NCBI GenBank assembly: GCA_002269645.1
Contig: NIVC01001598.1
Span: 115,692 to 179,691 of the forward strand
Length of the DNA stretch: 64,000 bases
Direction: 5' to 3'
DNA from: Macrostomum lignano
Lineage: Eukaryota
Positions 36,026 through 50,400 of this stretch are shown in pieces. A program made the translations under genes and the position numbers. How positions within the stretch are numbered: position 1 is the stretch's first letter; every line of letters starts with the position of its first letter. The notes under the pieces are model-generated. The model was not told the origin of the DNA, did no database searches, and was given only the letters and a program-made list of their open reading frames with translations.

Positions 36026-37358
36026 GCGCTTTTAACAACCGAGATGGCGCATCTCTAACATCAGAGGTGGCGCTAGAAGAAGAAATGAATATAAGCAACG
36101 AACTATTAATAATACCACAAAAATGAATGTTGAATTTTCAACAACGATCGCAGGACTGAGACCAAGACGAACTCAGGTACACGATTGGCCAATGTATATT
36201 TTTCAAATGTAATGAAGTTCTCAAGTTATTACAAAATTAGAGTTGCATTGAAATTGAATGAAAGAATGAAAGATTACTGTAAAAAATTAAAACGCTTTCT
36301 TGACAAGATGGCGCGCTCTGAGCCGGCCAAAGGGGCCAAACACGGTTGTTGCTGTGCAATCAGAACACCTGCGGTACACCTGCAGGCAGAACCGGGATAG
36401 GGAGACAAAACACAGTTAAAGCAGAATTTGCAAAGCTTGAAAACGCACGAGAACCAGCTAAGCTGGGAACGCAGATGCAGAATAGCCGGCAACAACCGGC
36501 TGGCTAAAATACAGAAGACTTACGAAGCCCATCTGCTTGTTGCGGAGCAGAGGAAAGACAGGAAAGTTTTCTTCTGTCTTAAACCGCCAGCAAGGATCTG
36601 CTTGGAGCAAGGAAAACGAAAAACGGCTCAGCTTGAGAACAAAGACCACGCGGGCGTTTGCCCAGGAAAGCGCAGGAGCGGTCACAAAGACTGGTTGCAT
36701 GCAGTGAGGATTAACTCTGGTTAAAAGCAATTACAACAACAGCCAGTAAATGAGGTGATTAAGGGGCACAGGTGCGATGCGGGCAGTTATATCGTTAAAA
36801 CTCTTCGAATACAAAAACGCAGAGGATTATGTACAAAATAATTGCTGAACTCTGCCATCTGCAGACTGGTCAAAAACAGGTGAGCTGCTCGGGAGGAGTT
36901 TCAAGTTAATCAAATCCATAATTGATGCGTAAAGTTTGATTGATGGAGTGAGCAACAAAGACTGGAATGAAGATTGGCTGTCTGCGGGAAAAAGCTCCAA
37001 TGCAAATGATAAAAATGAAAATCGAATTATGGATTGACAAAAGCTGCAAAAAATGGAATATAGATTATTTCTATATCAAAATCTGCAATTGACAAGCTCT
37101 AAAGTAATAATTATGCAAATAATCTGCAACTTTGTTAACTGCTTTTGGTTCAGTGTGGGGGTTCTGGCCTCAATCTGGCCCGGCCTCAAAGGACCTTCAT
37201 CAAGTTATTGGGTCACTAATGATTACTGATGAAATTCGTAGAAACGCTGACAAAAATGATCATTTTTTACAAGTTGATGCCGGGCCAGAGTTTTAGCCGA
37301 AATACTCGACAACTAGCTGACCTTAAATGACCCCCTTGCATTTGTTTTAACGCGCGAT

Positions 37359-40279
37359 TCACTGCGATGCGGCGTAGCCCGAATCGGACGAGCTGATGGC
37401 CTGGCCGCAGATGGCGGCGGCAGTTTCGGCCTCGTGTAGCAGCAGGTTGGAGTCCAAGGACTCGCCGCTGCCGCTGCCACCGGAGATGGTGAACCGCACC
37501 AGCGGCGGCGACGGTGAGTCCTTGGCGGCCCTGGACGGCTGGTCGGCCGCCGCCGGGCGCTTCTGGGCAGCAGAGCGGCGCGGCAGCGACTCGTCGCGGC
37601 TGTCCGAGTCTGTCGGGCCGCCACCGAAGCCGCTGGAGCTGCTGGCACAGGAGGTGGCCGCATTGGCACTGATGCTGGGATCCGCGATCCAGGGATGGCG
37701 CAGCATCTCCCGGAGGCTGGGCCGCTTGCTGGGCTCTGTCTGCAGGCAGGCCAGGATCAGCTGGCGGCACTGCCGACTCAGACGGCGCTTGAACCGCGGC
37801 CCGCTGTGACAGATCTGGTCGTCGCGTTCGAACGGGATGTCGCCGCAGACCATGTCGAATAGCAGGATGCCCAGCGCCCAGACCTCGGCCGGCTTGCCGT
37901 GGTAGCGTCGCCAACGGATCCACTCAGGCGGGCTGTACACGCGGGTGCCTGCGAGCAAAGTGAGGCGAGTGAGTTGCCAGTTAAAAGGCAGCAATGGAAG
38001 AGGCAAGCAGGAGGCGCATCATGTGGTTCATCTGTCAATTCACAACTAGAGTGCCACCCCCCCCCAAGGCACAGGGTGTGTACATGCTGACCTCCTTGAC
38101 CCCAGCACCGGATCTCACAATCGTCCCAAGCGCCCAGCAGATGATAGGATTGTCCAGTTCAGGTCATGACCCTAGTATTCAGGAGAAAGCAGGGTAGGTG
38201 CGAAAGAACTGCCTGCCTGGCAGTCATGTGACCAAAATTTCGGATGGGCAGCCTCAGAGGCTTATTTCGCAATGCGGGTAGTTAGCTAAGAGAAAATTGG
38301 TCAATTTCTCGCACCTGATCATTTTATAAACCAATTGGCCAAATGAATCTGAATAAATTGGGCCCTTTACTGCCCCCTGCAACCCACCTGCAACTGCGCC
38401 CGCCCTCTCTGCGTTGTAAAATAACACAATTATAGATCAGAGCATATTTTGGGGTTGAAAAAAGGCTTCTTTTGTGCGAAAATCGTATAGCCTTATAAAC
38501 CCATTACCCATTTCTTTCTTCTATCATCCATCATCTGTTATCTATCATCTGTTATCTATTATCTATCATCTGTTTTCTATTATCTATCATCTGTTATCTA
38601 TTATCTATCATCTGTTATCTATTATCTATCATCTGTTTTCTATTATCTATCATCTGTTATCTATTATATATCATCTGTTTTCTATTATATATCATCTGTT
38701 ATCTATTATCTATCATCTGTTATCTATTATATATCATCTGTTATCTATTATCTATCATCTGTTTTCTATTATATATCATCTGTTATCTATTATCTATCAT
38801 CTGTTTTCTATTATCTATCATCTGTTATCTATTATCTATCATCTGTTATCTATTATCTATCATCTGTTTTCTATTATCTATCATCTGTTTTCTATTATCT
38901 ATCATCTGTGATCTATTATCTATCATCTGTTATCTATTATCTATCATCTGTTATCTATTATCTATCATCTGTTATCTATTATCTATCATCTGTTATCTAT
39001 TATCTATCAACTGTCATCTATTATCTATCAACTGTTATCTATTATCTATCATCTGTGATCTATTATCTATCAACTGTTATCTATTATCTATCATCTGTTA
39101 TCTATTATCTATCATCTGTTATCTATTATCTATCAACTGTTATCTATTATCTATCATCTGTTATCTATTATCTATCATCTGTTATCTATTATCTATCATC
39201 TGTTATCTATTATCTATCATCTGTTATCTATTATCAACTAGTAAGACGATAAAAATCAATCATCAGCGCCAAAAAATTGTGAGCGAGGTGAAACCTGCCT
39301 CTCACGAAAATTTTGCTTCAATTTCTCCAAGAAATGTATATAGTTTCCTGCCTTTCTACTTGAGTAGCCCTTGATCACAATATAAATGATGATAATTTGA
39401 TAAACAAATTGCGCAGCGAGCCTCACCATCAAAATCGGTGTACTGCTCCTCCTTCAGAATGGCGCCGGAGCCGAAGTCGATGAGCTGCAGCCTGTTGTCA
39501 GCGAGGTCAACCAGCAGGTTCTCGTCCTTGATGTCCCTGTGCAGGACGCCGGCCTCGTGACAGGCGAGCAGAGTTTCAATGAGTTGCTTAATGAAATTCC
39601 TGGCCTCGAATTCCGGCAGAAATCGCCTGCGCGAGATGAAGTCAAACAGGTCCATGCCTTTTTCGATTTTAGGCATCACGATGGCCCATTCGGTAGGGCC
39701 CTCGTGGAAACTGATGGGTCTGACTATGCCGCTGATGTGCCGGCACTTGTGCAGCAGCAGAAACTCCAACGGAATTCTGTGACCGTTCGGCTAAGATTTG
39801 GAAGGAAAAGAAAAAGGCATTAAATATAACCAAAACGAATTATTAAATATTGAAAATCAAATCAATCAAGTTGAAAACAAACAGAAGAGACTCACCAGTT
39901 CATACCACGAGTGCACAGACATCTTCGCTTTGAGAATAAACTTGATGGCCACCCGAGTGCCGTCCGACCGCCGGATCGCCAGGAAGACACGGCCGAAGCC
40001 GCCGCTGCCCAGTTGCCGATCAATCTGGTATTCACGGTGCAGGGCGTCCAGCGGCTCGATTGGGACATCCTTGCTGCCCAGCGGGAAGTTATCACCTGGA
40101 ATAGATTATGCAAGCTATTGGTTGTATAAAAATTTCACATTTAGAATTTCACGGGCGGGTCCATGCCAGCAAGACTTACTGCTCTTGAACATACGATTAG
40201 TAGAAGCAGTCTGCAAAAAATTCCTGTTGTCCGTGAAAATCTGCAGCGTATCGAATGTTGCAAAACGGCGCATTGTCAT
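37359..40279 (-). CDS. pim: Pim-family Ser/Thr kinase, copy B (~417 aa)
   Basis: Exons 40279-40180, 40095-39896, 39790-39427, 37948-37359 with consistent phases. Motifs [36 protein letters not shown]; long Ser-rich tail. Confidence 0.92.
38520..39235. repeat. 21 bp AT-rich minisatellite in Pim B intron
   Basis: TATCTATCATCTGTTATCTAT units. Confidence 0.95.
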
Positions 40280-42189
40280 AGTCAAAGTCAGCTTTACGGA
40301 ATAAGACAAACTGTATTATTACAAAAGCTGGCCACGTGTCAACTCAGGTTTATCTTTTTTCCAGTTTTGCAGTCAAGGAGTGCAGTTTGTGAACATTGTA
40401 TATATAGTCCGTATAGTCTGATTTTAGTTTCCGATATTCTTGCACGAAAATCTGTATGAGAATTATTTTCTTTATTTCCAGTTCAAAAAGCTGTTTGATA
40501 TGAATTTTTAATTTAAACTGATTCTGGCTTCTGTTTTTTATAAGATCGCCTGTCTTCTTCAGCTATCGATTAATTGCTTGATTGATAGATCTACTTTGCT
40601 ATATACTTCACTGAACATTGCTTTATAAACTGGAAATCCCCGTGACCAAATAATGCTATTTTTAGAACTAAGAGCAGAAAAACAAGGCAGAGAAGGGTAA
40701 GGCAGTACAGTGAAACTGGATGTCAGGAAAAGGTTAGTCCAGAAAGTTCCCCAATGACCAAAGTTTATTAATACCCCAAGCTTTTCATGTCCTTCTTTGA
40801 AAAGCGGTACTTTTTCAGCTCCATGTCGGGCGTCTTATGTGGCACAACTTTCGTCACAGGGAACTGGCCTTGATGCAGTAGTAGAAAGTATATGAGATTC
40901 AGCTTTTTCATTACAGCATTGACGTTATTCAGTTACAGAAGTGCACGTGCCCTTTTGACTTTCTAGATGCACAATAGTGCAGTTACAGTAGAATAGAAGC
41001 TGTACGTTGCAACACAGATGGAGCTGGGCTTAAAAGGTTGAAGCCAATCGTGACGTCAAACTCGTGTTGCCCAGTTGCTTTACAAGCACCTCATTAGGCA
41101 TTTTGCGACTGAGAGGTCTGGCGAGTGCAATTGTCCGGACTTCAAGTTGTGCATGGCGTATTCTGCCTGGCGCTTGTCCTTTCCTCTTTGCGACTGGCAA
41201 AGGGGGACACTCAGACAGGATTCAGACAGAACATGAGACAGGTGATTCTCAAAAAAGCGATTGAGAGGTTTCGTTTCGCAGATTTCTTAGTTGCTGTTTC
41301 ATTACAATTGCCTTTGTGCTAACCGGGTTTCATTGTCCTTTATAACAAAAACAAAAAGCACAATCTAGCATTGAATTTTTTTTCGTTTAAGATTGAAAAC
41401 AAATCAATGTTTATCAAGCAAGACAACATTATCTGCTTTATATGTTTTTTGTTACAGCAGAGCCAGTATAAGCATCTGAGAGATTTGCAAAACTATTGAA
41501 ATATTAATGCTGTACGGGCACCTCTGTCACGCCTGTCAGAAGTGATCGAGTTTATTTAAGGTGTTTCCTGCGCTCTGATTACAGCCTGTTGTTATTGCTG
41601 CACACTGTAAATAATTAGACAGTCACGCAGTCTGACTGACGGAAATAACCAAGTTAATTATTATCACTCTCTGTAAATAAACATAATGCACTCGTTAGCA
41701 CTGAAAACCGTATGAATGCAGTGCAATATGCATTGCAGCTTGCAGGATCATATGCAAATAAGGTAAACGATTATGAAAATTGCATACATTGTGCTCAAGG
41801 GTTAATCCAAGACTCTTAATAAAAGACCGACAAGTAAATTATAATGCCATATCATATTTACGTATATCCCCTAAAATGGTCATTAAGGCTATGACGCATG
41901 TCATCCACCCCATGTAAAATTCCATCAATATTTACGCTGCCACAACGCCCACGTAGACAGTGTACTGACAGCTAAGAGCCGAGGCGGAGTTGATCGTAAA
42001 CAACTCGTCTGATGATGCACGATCGAGTAAGAATGAAGTGCTTTATATAAAAATAACTGCGTTGTTCCAGCTACTCTACTTAAATAAACTGTTCAGTAGT
42101 GCCAAAGAAATTCTATAATACAATTTATCATCAAAAGCACTACATTAAGATTTGCGACGTTCCAAGGAATTGTAGGGCGACTATCCAGT

Positions 42190-42510
42190 GATTTGGAGGG
42201 CGATTGTCCAGTGATTTGGACGACGATTCTTCAAGGATTTGACACTAAATGGCGATTCTCCAAGGATTTGACACTAAATGGCGATTCTTCAAGGATTTGA
42301 CACTAAATGGCAATTCTTCAAGGATTTGACACTAAATGGCGATTCTTCAAGGATTTGACACTAAATGGCGATTCTCCAAGGATTTGATCCTAAATGGCAA
42401 TTCTCCAAGGATTTGACACTAAATGGCAATTCTCCAAGGATTTGACACTAAATGGCAATTCTCCAAGGATTTGACACTAAATGTCGATTCTTCAAGGATT
42501 TGGAGGGCGA
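42190..42510. repeat. 29 bp minisatellite
   Basis: TTCTTCAAGGATTTGACACTAAATGGCGA units. Confidence 0.9.
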
Positions 42511-43874
42511 TTTTTAAATCATTTGGAGAGCGATTCTCAGAGATTCTAAATGTTTGGAAGAGCGGGTCAGGAAGTGCCTATAGAGTGATTTCTGACGGGT
42601 TTAAGGAAAAGCAGTGCTGATAAAAATGAGCAAAACCGTGTGACAATGATTTCGCAAGCGACACAATTTCTATAAAAAAGCGGCTTGATTGATGTTGGTG
42701 AACCTGTTTATTGCTACCAGAGTAGAAACTATTTTAACTGGAGCACTTTCATAACTAATATATTTAGCAATAACAGTAGTGTGCATAGCATACTCATCAG
42801 TTTCAGACGGATTACTGGAAACATACAAGCATGGGTCGGATAGCTGGAACAAAAAGCCAATTATTAGCTAAAATAAAATTTCATATAGGAAACTTGTCAC
42901 ATGATGATTATATTGTAGAGAATAACCGATAATGATTTTGGAAAGAATTTGGAAACAGAAAATTCCACACGCATCAGCACTAATCGCTGCAGGCATTACC
43001 AGAAATATTTCTGCACAAACTGTACCACGGTTGAGCCATCGCAACCAGAAATAACAGCAAAACAATAAATAAAACCAATAACTAATAACAATGGTGGCAT
43101 ACTAAACAGTAGTATTGAAAGCATATGACAATAATTTATCTTTTATAAGCCGTTTGCAGGCAATTAAAAACGTGGATAAAAACGAAGTAGATTAAAAATT
43201 CACAATCGAGTTTGTTGTCATAATGAGCGGCTACTTGGAAAAAATAACTAACTAACTGGAACATTTTCGCGAACCTATTGCTTGGTAGCGGGATAATTGA
43301 ATTTTAATACAACTATTTTGTACTTAAAAGTTCATTTTTAGCAGCAATGAGCAGCTATGCTACTAACGTTAGTAAGTCGGAGGACAGAACTGAATGAAGT
43401 TATTCAGGCACCGGTTCTGGGCACCGCTTATTATCGCTATCTCATGCAGTTAATCATTATGTTCTAATAAAACAGACACAGTTAGTTCCTGGCATGTTTG
43501 GTCAGTTTGCTTACAATTATTGTTTATTAATCACTGATTAGAATTCAAAGTTCAGCGCTAAGGAAAAGCATGCAGATAGGAGGGGGACATAAATAATAGC
43601 AGTATTATTAGATTGGTTGATGAATAAAAAAGCAGGCAACAGGCAACTCCCAGTTGGTTTGCTGTTTAGTTTCTGGCTTAACCGAAGAACAATAAAAACA
43701 ATAAAAATAAATAGATGTAAAGATATTTATATATAGAAATATATATAGTTTGTATGTAAGCGACAGAGTTCCAATTTCAAACCTAAAAATTCAATAAAAC
43801 ACTCGATATGATGGTAAGAACTTGTCAATCATGGCGTTCAAATTAGATTATAATATATTAAAAAACTGAATTCA

Positions 43875-44276
43875 TCAATAGCCGGCATTGGCCAGCGCCT
43901 CCTTGACTTTGGCCACGGCGAAGTTGACCTTCTGGCTACCGGCGGTCTCCGGGGCGGAGCCGTCCGCCGGGTCGATGTAGCCGCCAATCACCATGCACTG
44001 GCTGGACTTCATGGCGCTCAGGCTGCTCTGCCCGCTGCGCCCGTCGATCTCGCCGTCAATCAGCCGGATGGTCATGAAGCGGAGGCCCTGAAAGTTGAAG
44101 CCGGTGAATTCGCCAGCGCTGCTCTTGCCGAGGCCGGCGATCAGCGCGGTGACCTCCGCCGGGTTGGGATTGCAGGAGGGCGACTTGGCCCACACGCTGC
44201 CGTCCACGCCGTAGATGGCGGCAATGTTGACGCCGGGATAGGCCAACATGTTATCAACCCAGGACTGCCAGGACAT
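43875..44276 (-). CDS. PFN: Profilin, intronless CDS (133 aa)
   Basis: MSWQSWVDNML...AAIYGVDGSVWAKS...KSSQCMVIGGY...KEALANAGY: profilin N- and C-terminal signatures. Confidence 0.9.
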   Translation of the reverse strand: MSWQSWVDNMLAYPGVNIAAIYGVDGSVWAKSPSCNPNPAEVTALIAGLGKSSAGEFTGFNFQGLRFMTIRLIDGEIDGRSGQSSLSAMKSSQCMVIGGYIDPADGSAPETAGSQKVNFAVAKVKEALANAGY

Positions 44277-45344
44277 GCTTGCGTGTGTATTCGGGTGTGA
44301 GTTGCTAAACGAGTAACTGAGCTCAACGGCTGCCGGAATCCGGTGAAATTGGCTGTAAAAATACAAGCAAAAAGCTGAGTGCTATTAGATATATGTGTAA
44401 TATAAAATAATAAAAGGAGCTCTGCTACACATAAAAAGGCAGCATAAGAGAGAGATAAGCCCCCGTGGGCTTCAGGAGGGAGGGAGGGGTGAGGGTTCCT
44501 AGGGCACTGCACTGTGCGCACACCTGGAGAGACATTTACCGCGCCGGCGGTGACTATAAGAGCAGCATGCAGATGACATAAACTCTTAACAGTCACACAG
44601 GGCGGTGGGCTGGGGAGGTTAGAGACAGGTGAGACAGAGACCTAGTCACGGTGCGCTGGACCGCACGGCTCTCTATACTGCAGCTTCGCAGATTCTAAAA
44701 ATGAGTGACCGACTGACTGAGCCCGAACAAATGCTCAAACGGGCTGGCCCAAATGCAAGACAAGGAGACGTCAGTCGGTATATCGGATAGCCATTAGCCA
44801 AATAGATCAAGACTACTAGCTTAGAGCTGCACCAATGAGGGAGCGAGTGCAAGTGCAAGGTGAAACTTAACCAGCGCAGGTTGGGGGGGGGAGCCAGCCA
44901 GAGACAGGCCTAAATGCCTAATTACTAGTTAGAAAGTAAGATTTTATACAGGCACAGGTGTGTAATTAGCATATATTGAAAAGCGGTATGCATTGCACCA
45001 GTTTGTATATTTTCATTTGACTAAAACAGACAGTTAAATACTTTCTGCTCGCAATAAGCAGTGTTATTATGCAGTTAGAACAGCAGCTGTATACACTACA
45101 TACAGTACATAGCTAGCCTGTGTACAGCAGATACAGTGGGACAACTTTTGCTTCAAAAATCATGCAGCCAGCAATAGAATTAATCACTGGGACAACAAAG
45201 CACTAGTATTGAAACATTGAGATTCCAATATGATTTTCAGTTTTAAATAAACTGGTAAACAGCTGCACTCGCAGCACGCAAAATGCGCGCCAGAAAGGAG
45301 AAAATTACATGTGACACCTTGTGCAAAGCTGATCACACAGCCTC

Positions 45345-46280
45345 TGATCTTACTCACACAGCATTCACTTAGCCCCCTGATTTTAAATACACAGCATTCA
45401 CACAGCCCCCGATTACTGAGACAGCATTCATACAGCCCCTGGTTTTAATAACACAGTCCTGATTTTATATATACAGCATTCACACAGCCCCCTGATTGCT
45501 AAGACAGCATTCACACAGCCCCCGATTGCTAAGACAGCATTCACACAGCCCCCAATTGCTAAGACAGCATTCACACATCCCTTGATCTTACTCACACAGC
45601 ATTCACTTAGCCCCCTGATTTTAAATACACAGCATTCACACAGCCCCCAATTGCTAAGACAGCATTCACACAGCCCCCAATTGCTAAGACAGCATTCACA
45701 CAGCCCCCAATTGCTAAGACAGCATTCACACAGCCCCCAATTGCTAAGACAGCATTCACACAGCCCCTAGTTTTAATAACAGCATTCACAAAGTCCCTGA
45801 TTTTACTTACACAACATTCACAGCCTCTAATCTTACTCACACAGCATTCACTTAGCCCCCTGATTTTAAATACACAGCATTCACACAGCCCCCAATTGCT
45901 AAGACAGCATTCACACAGCCCCCAATTGCTAAGACAGCATTCACACAGCCCCCAATTGCTAAGACAGCATTCACACAGCCCCCAATTGCTAAGACAGCAT
46001 TCACACAGCCCCCAATTGCTAAGACAGCATTCACACAGCCCCCAATTGCTAAGACAGCATTCACACAGCCCCCAATTGCTAAGACAGCATTCACACAGCC
46101 CCCAATTGCTAAGACAGCATTCACACAGCCCCCAATTGCTAAGACAGCATTCACACAGCCCCTAGTTTTAATAACAGCATTCACATAGCCCCTGATTTTA
46201 AATACACAGCATTCACACAGCCCCTGATTTTACTAACACAGCCCCCGATTGCTAAGACAAAGACAGCATTCACACAGCCC
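45345..46280. repeat. 30 bp minisatellite
   Basis: GACAGCATTCACACAGCCCCCAATTGCTAA units. Confidence 0.93.
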
Positions 46281-46352
46281 TAATTATGCTTTCACTAGGC
46301 TCCGAATTGCCGATTCTGCTGTATTCAAAGTGCACGACAAGCCAACTAATAA

Positions 46353-46614
46353 ACCTGGTCAGACCAATCCTGGTCAGACCAATCCTGGTCAGACCAATCC
46401 TGGTCAGACCAATCCTGGTCAGACCAATCCTGGTCAGACCAATCCTGGTCAGACCAATCCTGGTCAGACCAATCCTGGTCAGACCAATCCTGGTCAGACC
46501 AATCCTGGTCAGACCAATCCTGGTCAGACCAATCCTGGTCAGACCAATCCTGGTCAGACCAATCCTGGTCAGACCAATCCTGGTCAGACCAATCCTGGTC
46601 AGACCAATCCTGGT
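46353..46614. repeat. 15 bp perfect minisatellite
   Basis: CCTGGTCAGACCAAT units. Confidence 0.96.
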
Positions 46615-46958
46615 CCTTGTAACTTTGGAACACAAACCGCAAGCAAAAAGCGCTATATAGTAATGTTGCAAGTTTGTGTAAAATTGATTACTGATTGTGT
46701 AGAGCAAATATTTCGATATTACAACAGCAAAGCGAAATAACAAATACAATTAAAAAATCAGCACAAAAATACTGAACAACGAATGCCATTGACGGAACCA
46801 GGTGCGAAATACTTTGCGACACGCCAAATGACGCAATTAGCAGCAATAAAAGTGGTAGATTGCACTGACAACAGCCGAAATCAGGTAAGTAGATTAGGAG
46901 AATTCTCTTCTCAGCTCTTATCTCTTGTTTTATCCTCTCTCGCCTCCGCAATTCTCTT

Positions 46959-48256
46959 TCAGAAGCCATTCTCTCGCAGGTAGAGCCTGACATTCATAAC
47001 AGTCTGGTGCACTTTTTCACTCCGATTGGGCTGCTGTTGGCATTGCTGAAGACTGTTCGACTGCTTGTGCTGGGCCGGCGGCGCAGTCAGGGGAGTTTCA
47101 GCTGGGGCAACATAAGCTCCCACAACAACACAGTTGAGCGTCAGGGCAACGGAGGCCACGTCCTGGCTAAACTTGCCTGGGTATGCGCAGTTGGAATTTG
47201 ACAAGGAATCTGTTGACTACCGATATGTATAGATATTAGAATTGCTTGATACTGAAGTAATCTTAATTTAAGCAGGTTATACCCAATGTTATTTTTTAGT
47301 CTAACGCGAACTTCAGGTTTTTCTATCAGGAGAGTACAGCACATCCTTGTGCGGCAGTAAAGATCCTATTGAAGCGAACACCAATGAAATGAGTTATAGA
47401 AATCATATATACACTAGCGTTCGGTGAGAATGAAGCCGCCCCCTCGGCTCTCCGCCTCCTTAACTGCTCCAATAGCTGACTCTAATATCCCGATCTAACA
47501 AAGAGATAAATCTGGACACACGTAAAGTATGCAACAGTATCGATAAGTAGCCTGTGGCTCTCATTTCCACTGAATTGTTTAATACATTTGCGTGATCAAT
47601 ATCCTATCAGAAATTGCAACAATCACGAACTGCGCTCGTAGAAATAAATAAACATCTCTGTTGAGGGTTAGAGATCGAGAGACACCTACCGAACCTTCGA
47701 CTTATTTAATTAAGAAGCATATATAGGCGATTGGTACCATCGTCAAGGAGAGAGGAGGGAAACTCATAAAACATTTGAATACTTGACTACTCTCAACCAA
47801 TTGCGAATTGCACTTTTTATCTTATAGTTTGACTTTGCAGGGCCTGCGGGTGCTGGAGAAAGCAACGTCAGGGAATCGAACCCAGGCGCTTAATAGCGTA
47901 AACCAGCCGCCTTAACCAATAAGCTACTCTGTCCTCTGTCTCTGTTGCACTTCTCAAGAAGCTGGAATTCATAAATCATGATCAGTTGCATTTGTGCTTT
48001 TCCACACCCGGCTCACTCACTCACCATCAATGCAGCCTTCCAGACGGCGCAGCGTCAGGTACCGCCTGCCAGCCAGAGTGAAGGAGGCCGGCGAGGCCGA
48101 TTCACCTTCGCAGTAATTCACTAAATTGAGAATCTCCTGCTGCGTCGGCTGAAAGTCGGGCGTCGCCGACCAGATTAGGCCGTCGCGGCCAGCCAGAGCC
48201 GCCCGATTGATGCAGTCGGACTGCAGCATACTGTGCAGGATGCTGTCCCAGGACAT
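46959..48256 (-). CDS. PFN: Divergent profilin, two exons (149 aa)
   Basis: Exons 48256-48025 and 47176-46959 (phase 1, GTGAGT...CAG). MSWDSILHSML..AALAGRDGLIWSATP..TLNCVVVGAY..VRLYLRENGF. Confidence 0.82.
47864..47930 (-). mobile_element. tRNA-like SINE head or tRNA pseudogene in the profilin intron
   Basis: GTAGCTTATTGGTTAAGGCG (A box) and GGGTTCGATTCCCTG (B box/T arm); no convincing anticodon stem. Confidence 0.5.
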
Positions 48257-49449
48257 GCTGACTGTATTTCTAGTCTAGGAGCACCAGCAGCCCGTTAGTG
48301 AGTGGCGCACAGAAAATAAACAAATAATTGACAATAAGCATCTGAGTTATCTTTGCTAACATATAGCAACAGCTATTGAAGTTCTTAGCCTATTGCAGCC
48401 GAAGGGTCCTTTTGCATATAGCAGTCTTGGGTTCAAGTACCCAAGGCTCTTCTTATAGTCCAGATCATACTACTTATGCAAAATATTCTAGCAGAGATTC
48501 AAACTTCCAACAATCCAACATGCAGTTTAGAAATTCCGGTGTAAATTCTCCCATAGGGTTGGTTGGTATTAGCATAACTATAAATCCACATTTTATACAT
48601 TTTGTAAAGAATTATTCATCAGTACTGCAGTGCATATAATGATTATAATGTTGTAGGTGTTACACATTTAAAAAAAGCATTTTTATTCAAATTTTATAAT
48701 AAAAAGGACAAAAACCAAGACTATTATATTATGCAATAAATTATTGTGTTTGTATTTTTTGTTTGTTCAAAAAAAATATTTTTTTTAGATCAATGGGCCT
48801 GCTTCTGTTCATTTTAGAAAGAACCTTATCAGAGCATTTAATGAATACTTAAATATTTAAAAACTGCAAGATCATAACTACATAATATCAGTCACAAATA
48901 TTTGTGTAATCACAAATCATAATTTTTTTTTAAATTTTGAAACTGAGATCAAGATTGAAAAGTGCCAAGATCTTGACAATCAAGATCGAGATCAAAAATA
49001 TTCATGCAAATCCATAAAATAGCACTTTTTCCTAAGAATCAATTACTCCTCAGTTTTATAAATCCCTTATTCTAGTAGAATTTTCACAGACAAAAATGTT
49101 TTCTATGAATCTCTTTTTTCTAAAAGTAACAAAGACAACAAAATAAAGTCTTCACAAAGATAATAGGCATTCCCTCTAATAGAAGACAACCCCAAGACAG
49201 CAAGCAGCCCCCCCCATATAGCAAGCATCCAGCAAATAGCAAGTATCCCCCAGATAGCATTCAGAGATCTGAGGGCATACTCAAACAAAAACTTGTTAAT
49301 AGTTAGTAGGATAGAGTAAACATAAAATGGAGTACATTCGTGTAAAATTAGGATTTGAGGCAAACATTTGATATTGTTGGCTGGGGTACGTGCTGCACAG
49401 AATGTTGGGCAATGTCTATCTGACTCTAAAATATATATTGGCAAACTAT

Positions 49450-49701
49450 CTTCTCCTCTTCTGTATCTTCTCTTCTGTTTCCTCTCTTCTCTCTTGTCCC
49501 TTGTCTCTCCTTTCTTCTCTTTCTCCTCTCCTCTCTCCCCTTTTCTCTCATCACTTCCTTCTCTTCTCTACTCTTTCCTCTCATCTGTTTTCTTGTTTTA
49601 TCTCTCCTCTCTCCCCTCGTCTCTCCCTCACCTCTCTTCTCTCTCTCATTTATCTTCTTTTATCTTTTCTCTCTTAACTCTTCTCGTTTCTCTCTGCTCT
49701 G

Positions 49702-49770
<69 letters not shown>

Positions 49771-50400
49771 TCTCTCTTACATGTATCTCTCCTATTCATC
49801 TCTCTTTTCTTCTCTACTCTCTCCCCTCTTCATTCACCTCTTTCCTCTTCTCACTCACTTCTGTCTCCGTGTCTCTCCTCTCTCCTCTGTCTCTAGTCTC
49901 TCTCATCTTTCTTTCTCTCTCTCACTCTATCTCCTCTGTTTATCTCATCTCTCTTTCATCTGTCACTCTCTCTTTCATTTCTCCTTTCTCCTCTTCTCTT
50001 CTCTTCCCTTTTCTATACTCTTTCGCTCTCTTGTCTTCTCTCTTCTGTCTCCACTCTCTCCTTTATCTCTCTTATCTCACTTCTCATCTCTCCTTCGTCT
50101 GTTCACTCTCATCTTTGCTCTCTCATCCCCCTTGCTCTTCTGTCATCTTTACTCTCCTCTTTCCTCTCTTCTGACTCCTCTCTTTCCTTACTCCTCTCTT
50201 CTTATCTCTCCCCTCTTCTCACCTTTACTCTTTCCTCTCCCTTCTTTCTCCCCTCTTCTCGCTTCTTCCTCCCTTCTTCTCTGCTCTCTCCTTACCATTT
50301 GTCTCTCCTCATATCTTCCGTGTTTTCTCTTACCCCCCCCCTCTCGCCTCTCCTCTCTTCTAATAGTCTATTCCTTCTCCTTTCCACTCTTATCTAGCCT
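49450..50400. repeat. CT-rich low-complexity tract with (CT)n core
   Basis: Direct reading of the sequence. Confidence 0.92.

Noticed and set aside
41125-41322. Signal-peptide-like ORF; also short ORFs at 35395-35634 and 36428-36724
   Set aside because: No ATG or linked exons and no recognisable domain; insufficient support.
47864-47930. Possible functional tRNA genes here and at 19555-19620
   Set aside because: A and B boxes are present but no proper anticodon or acceptor stems; treated as SINE heads.
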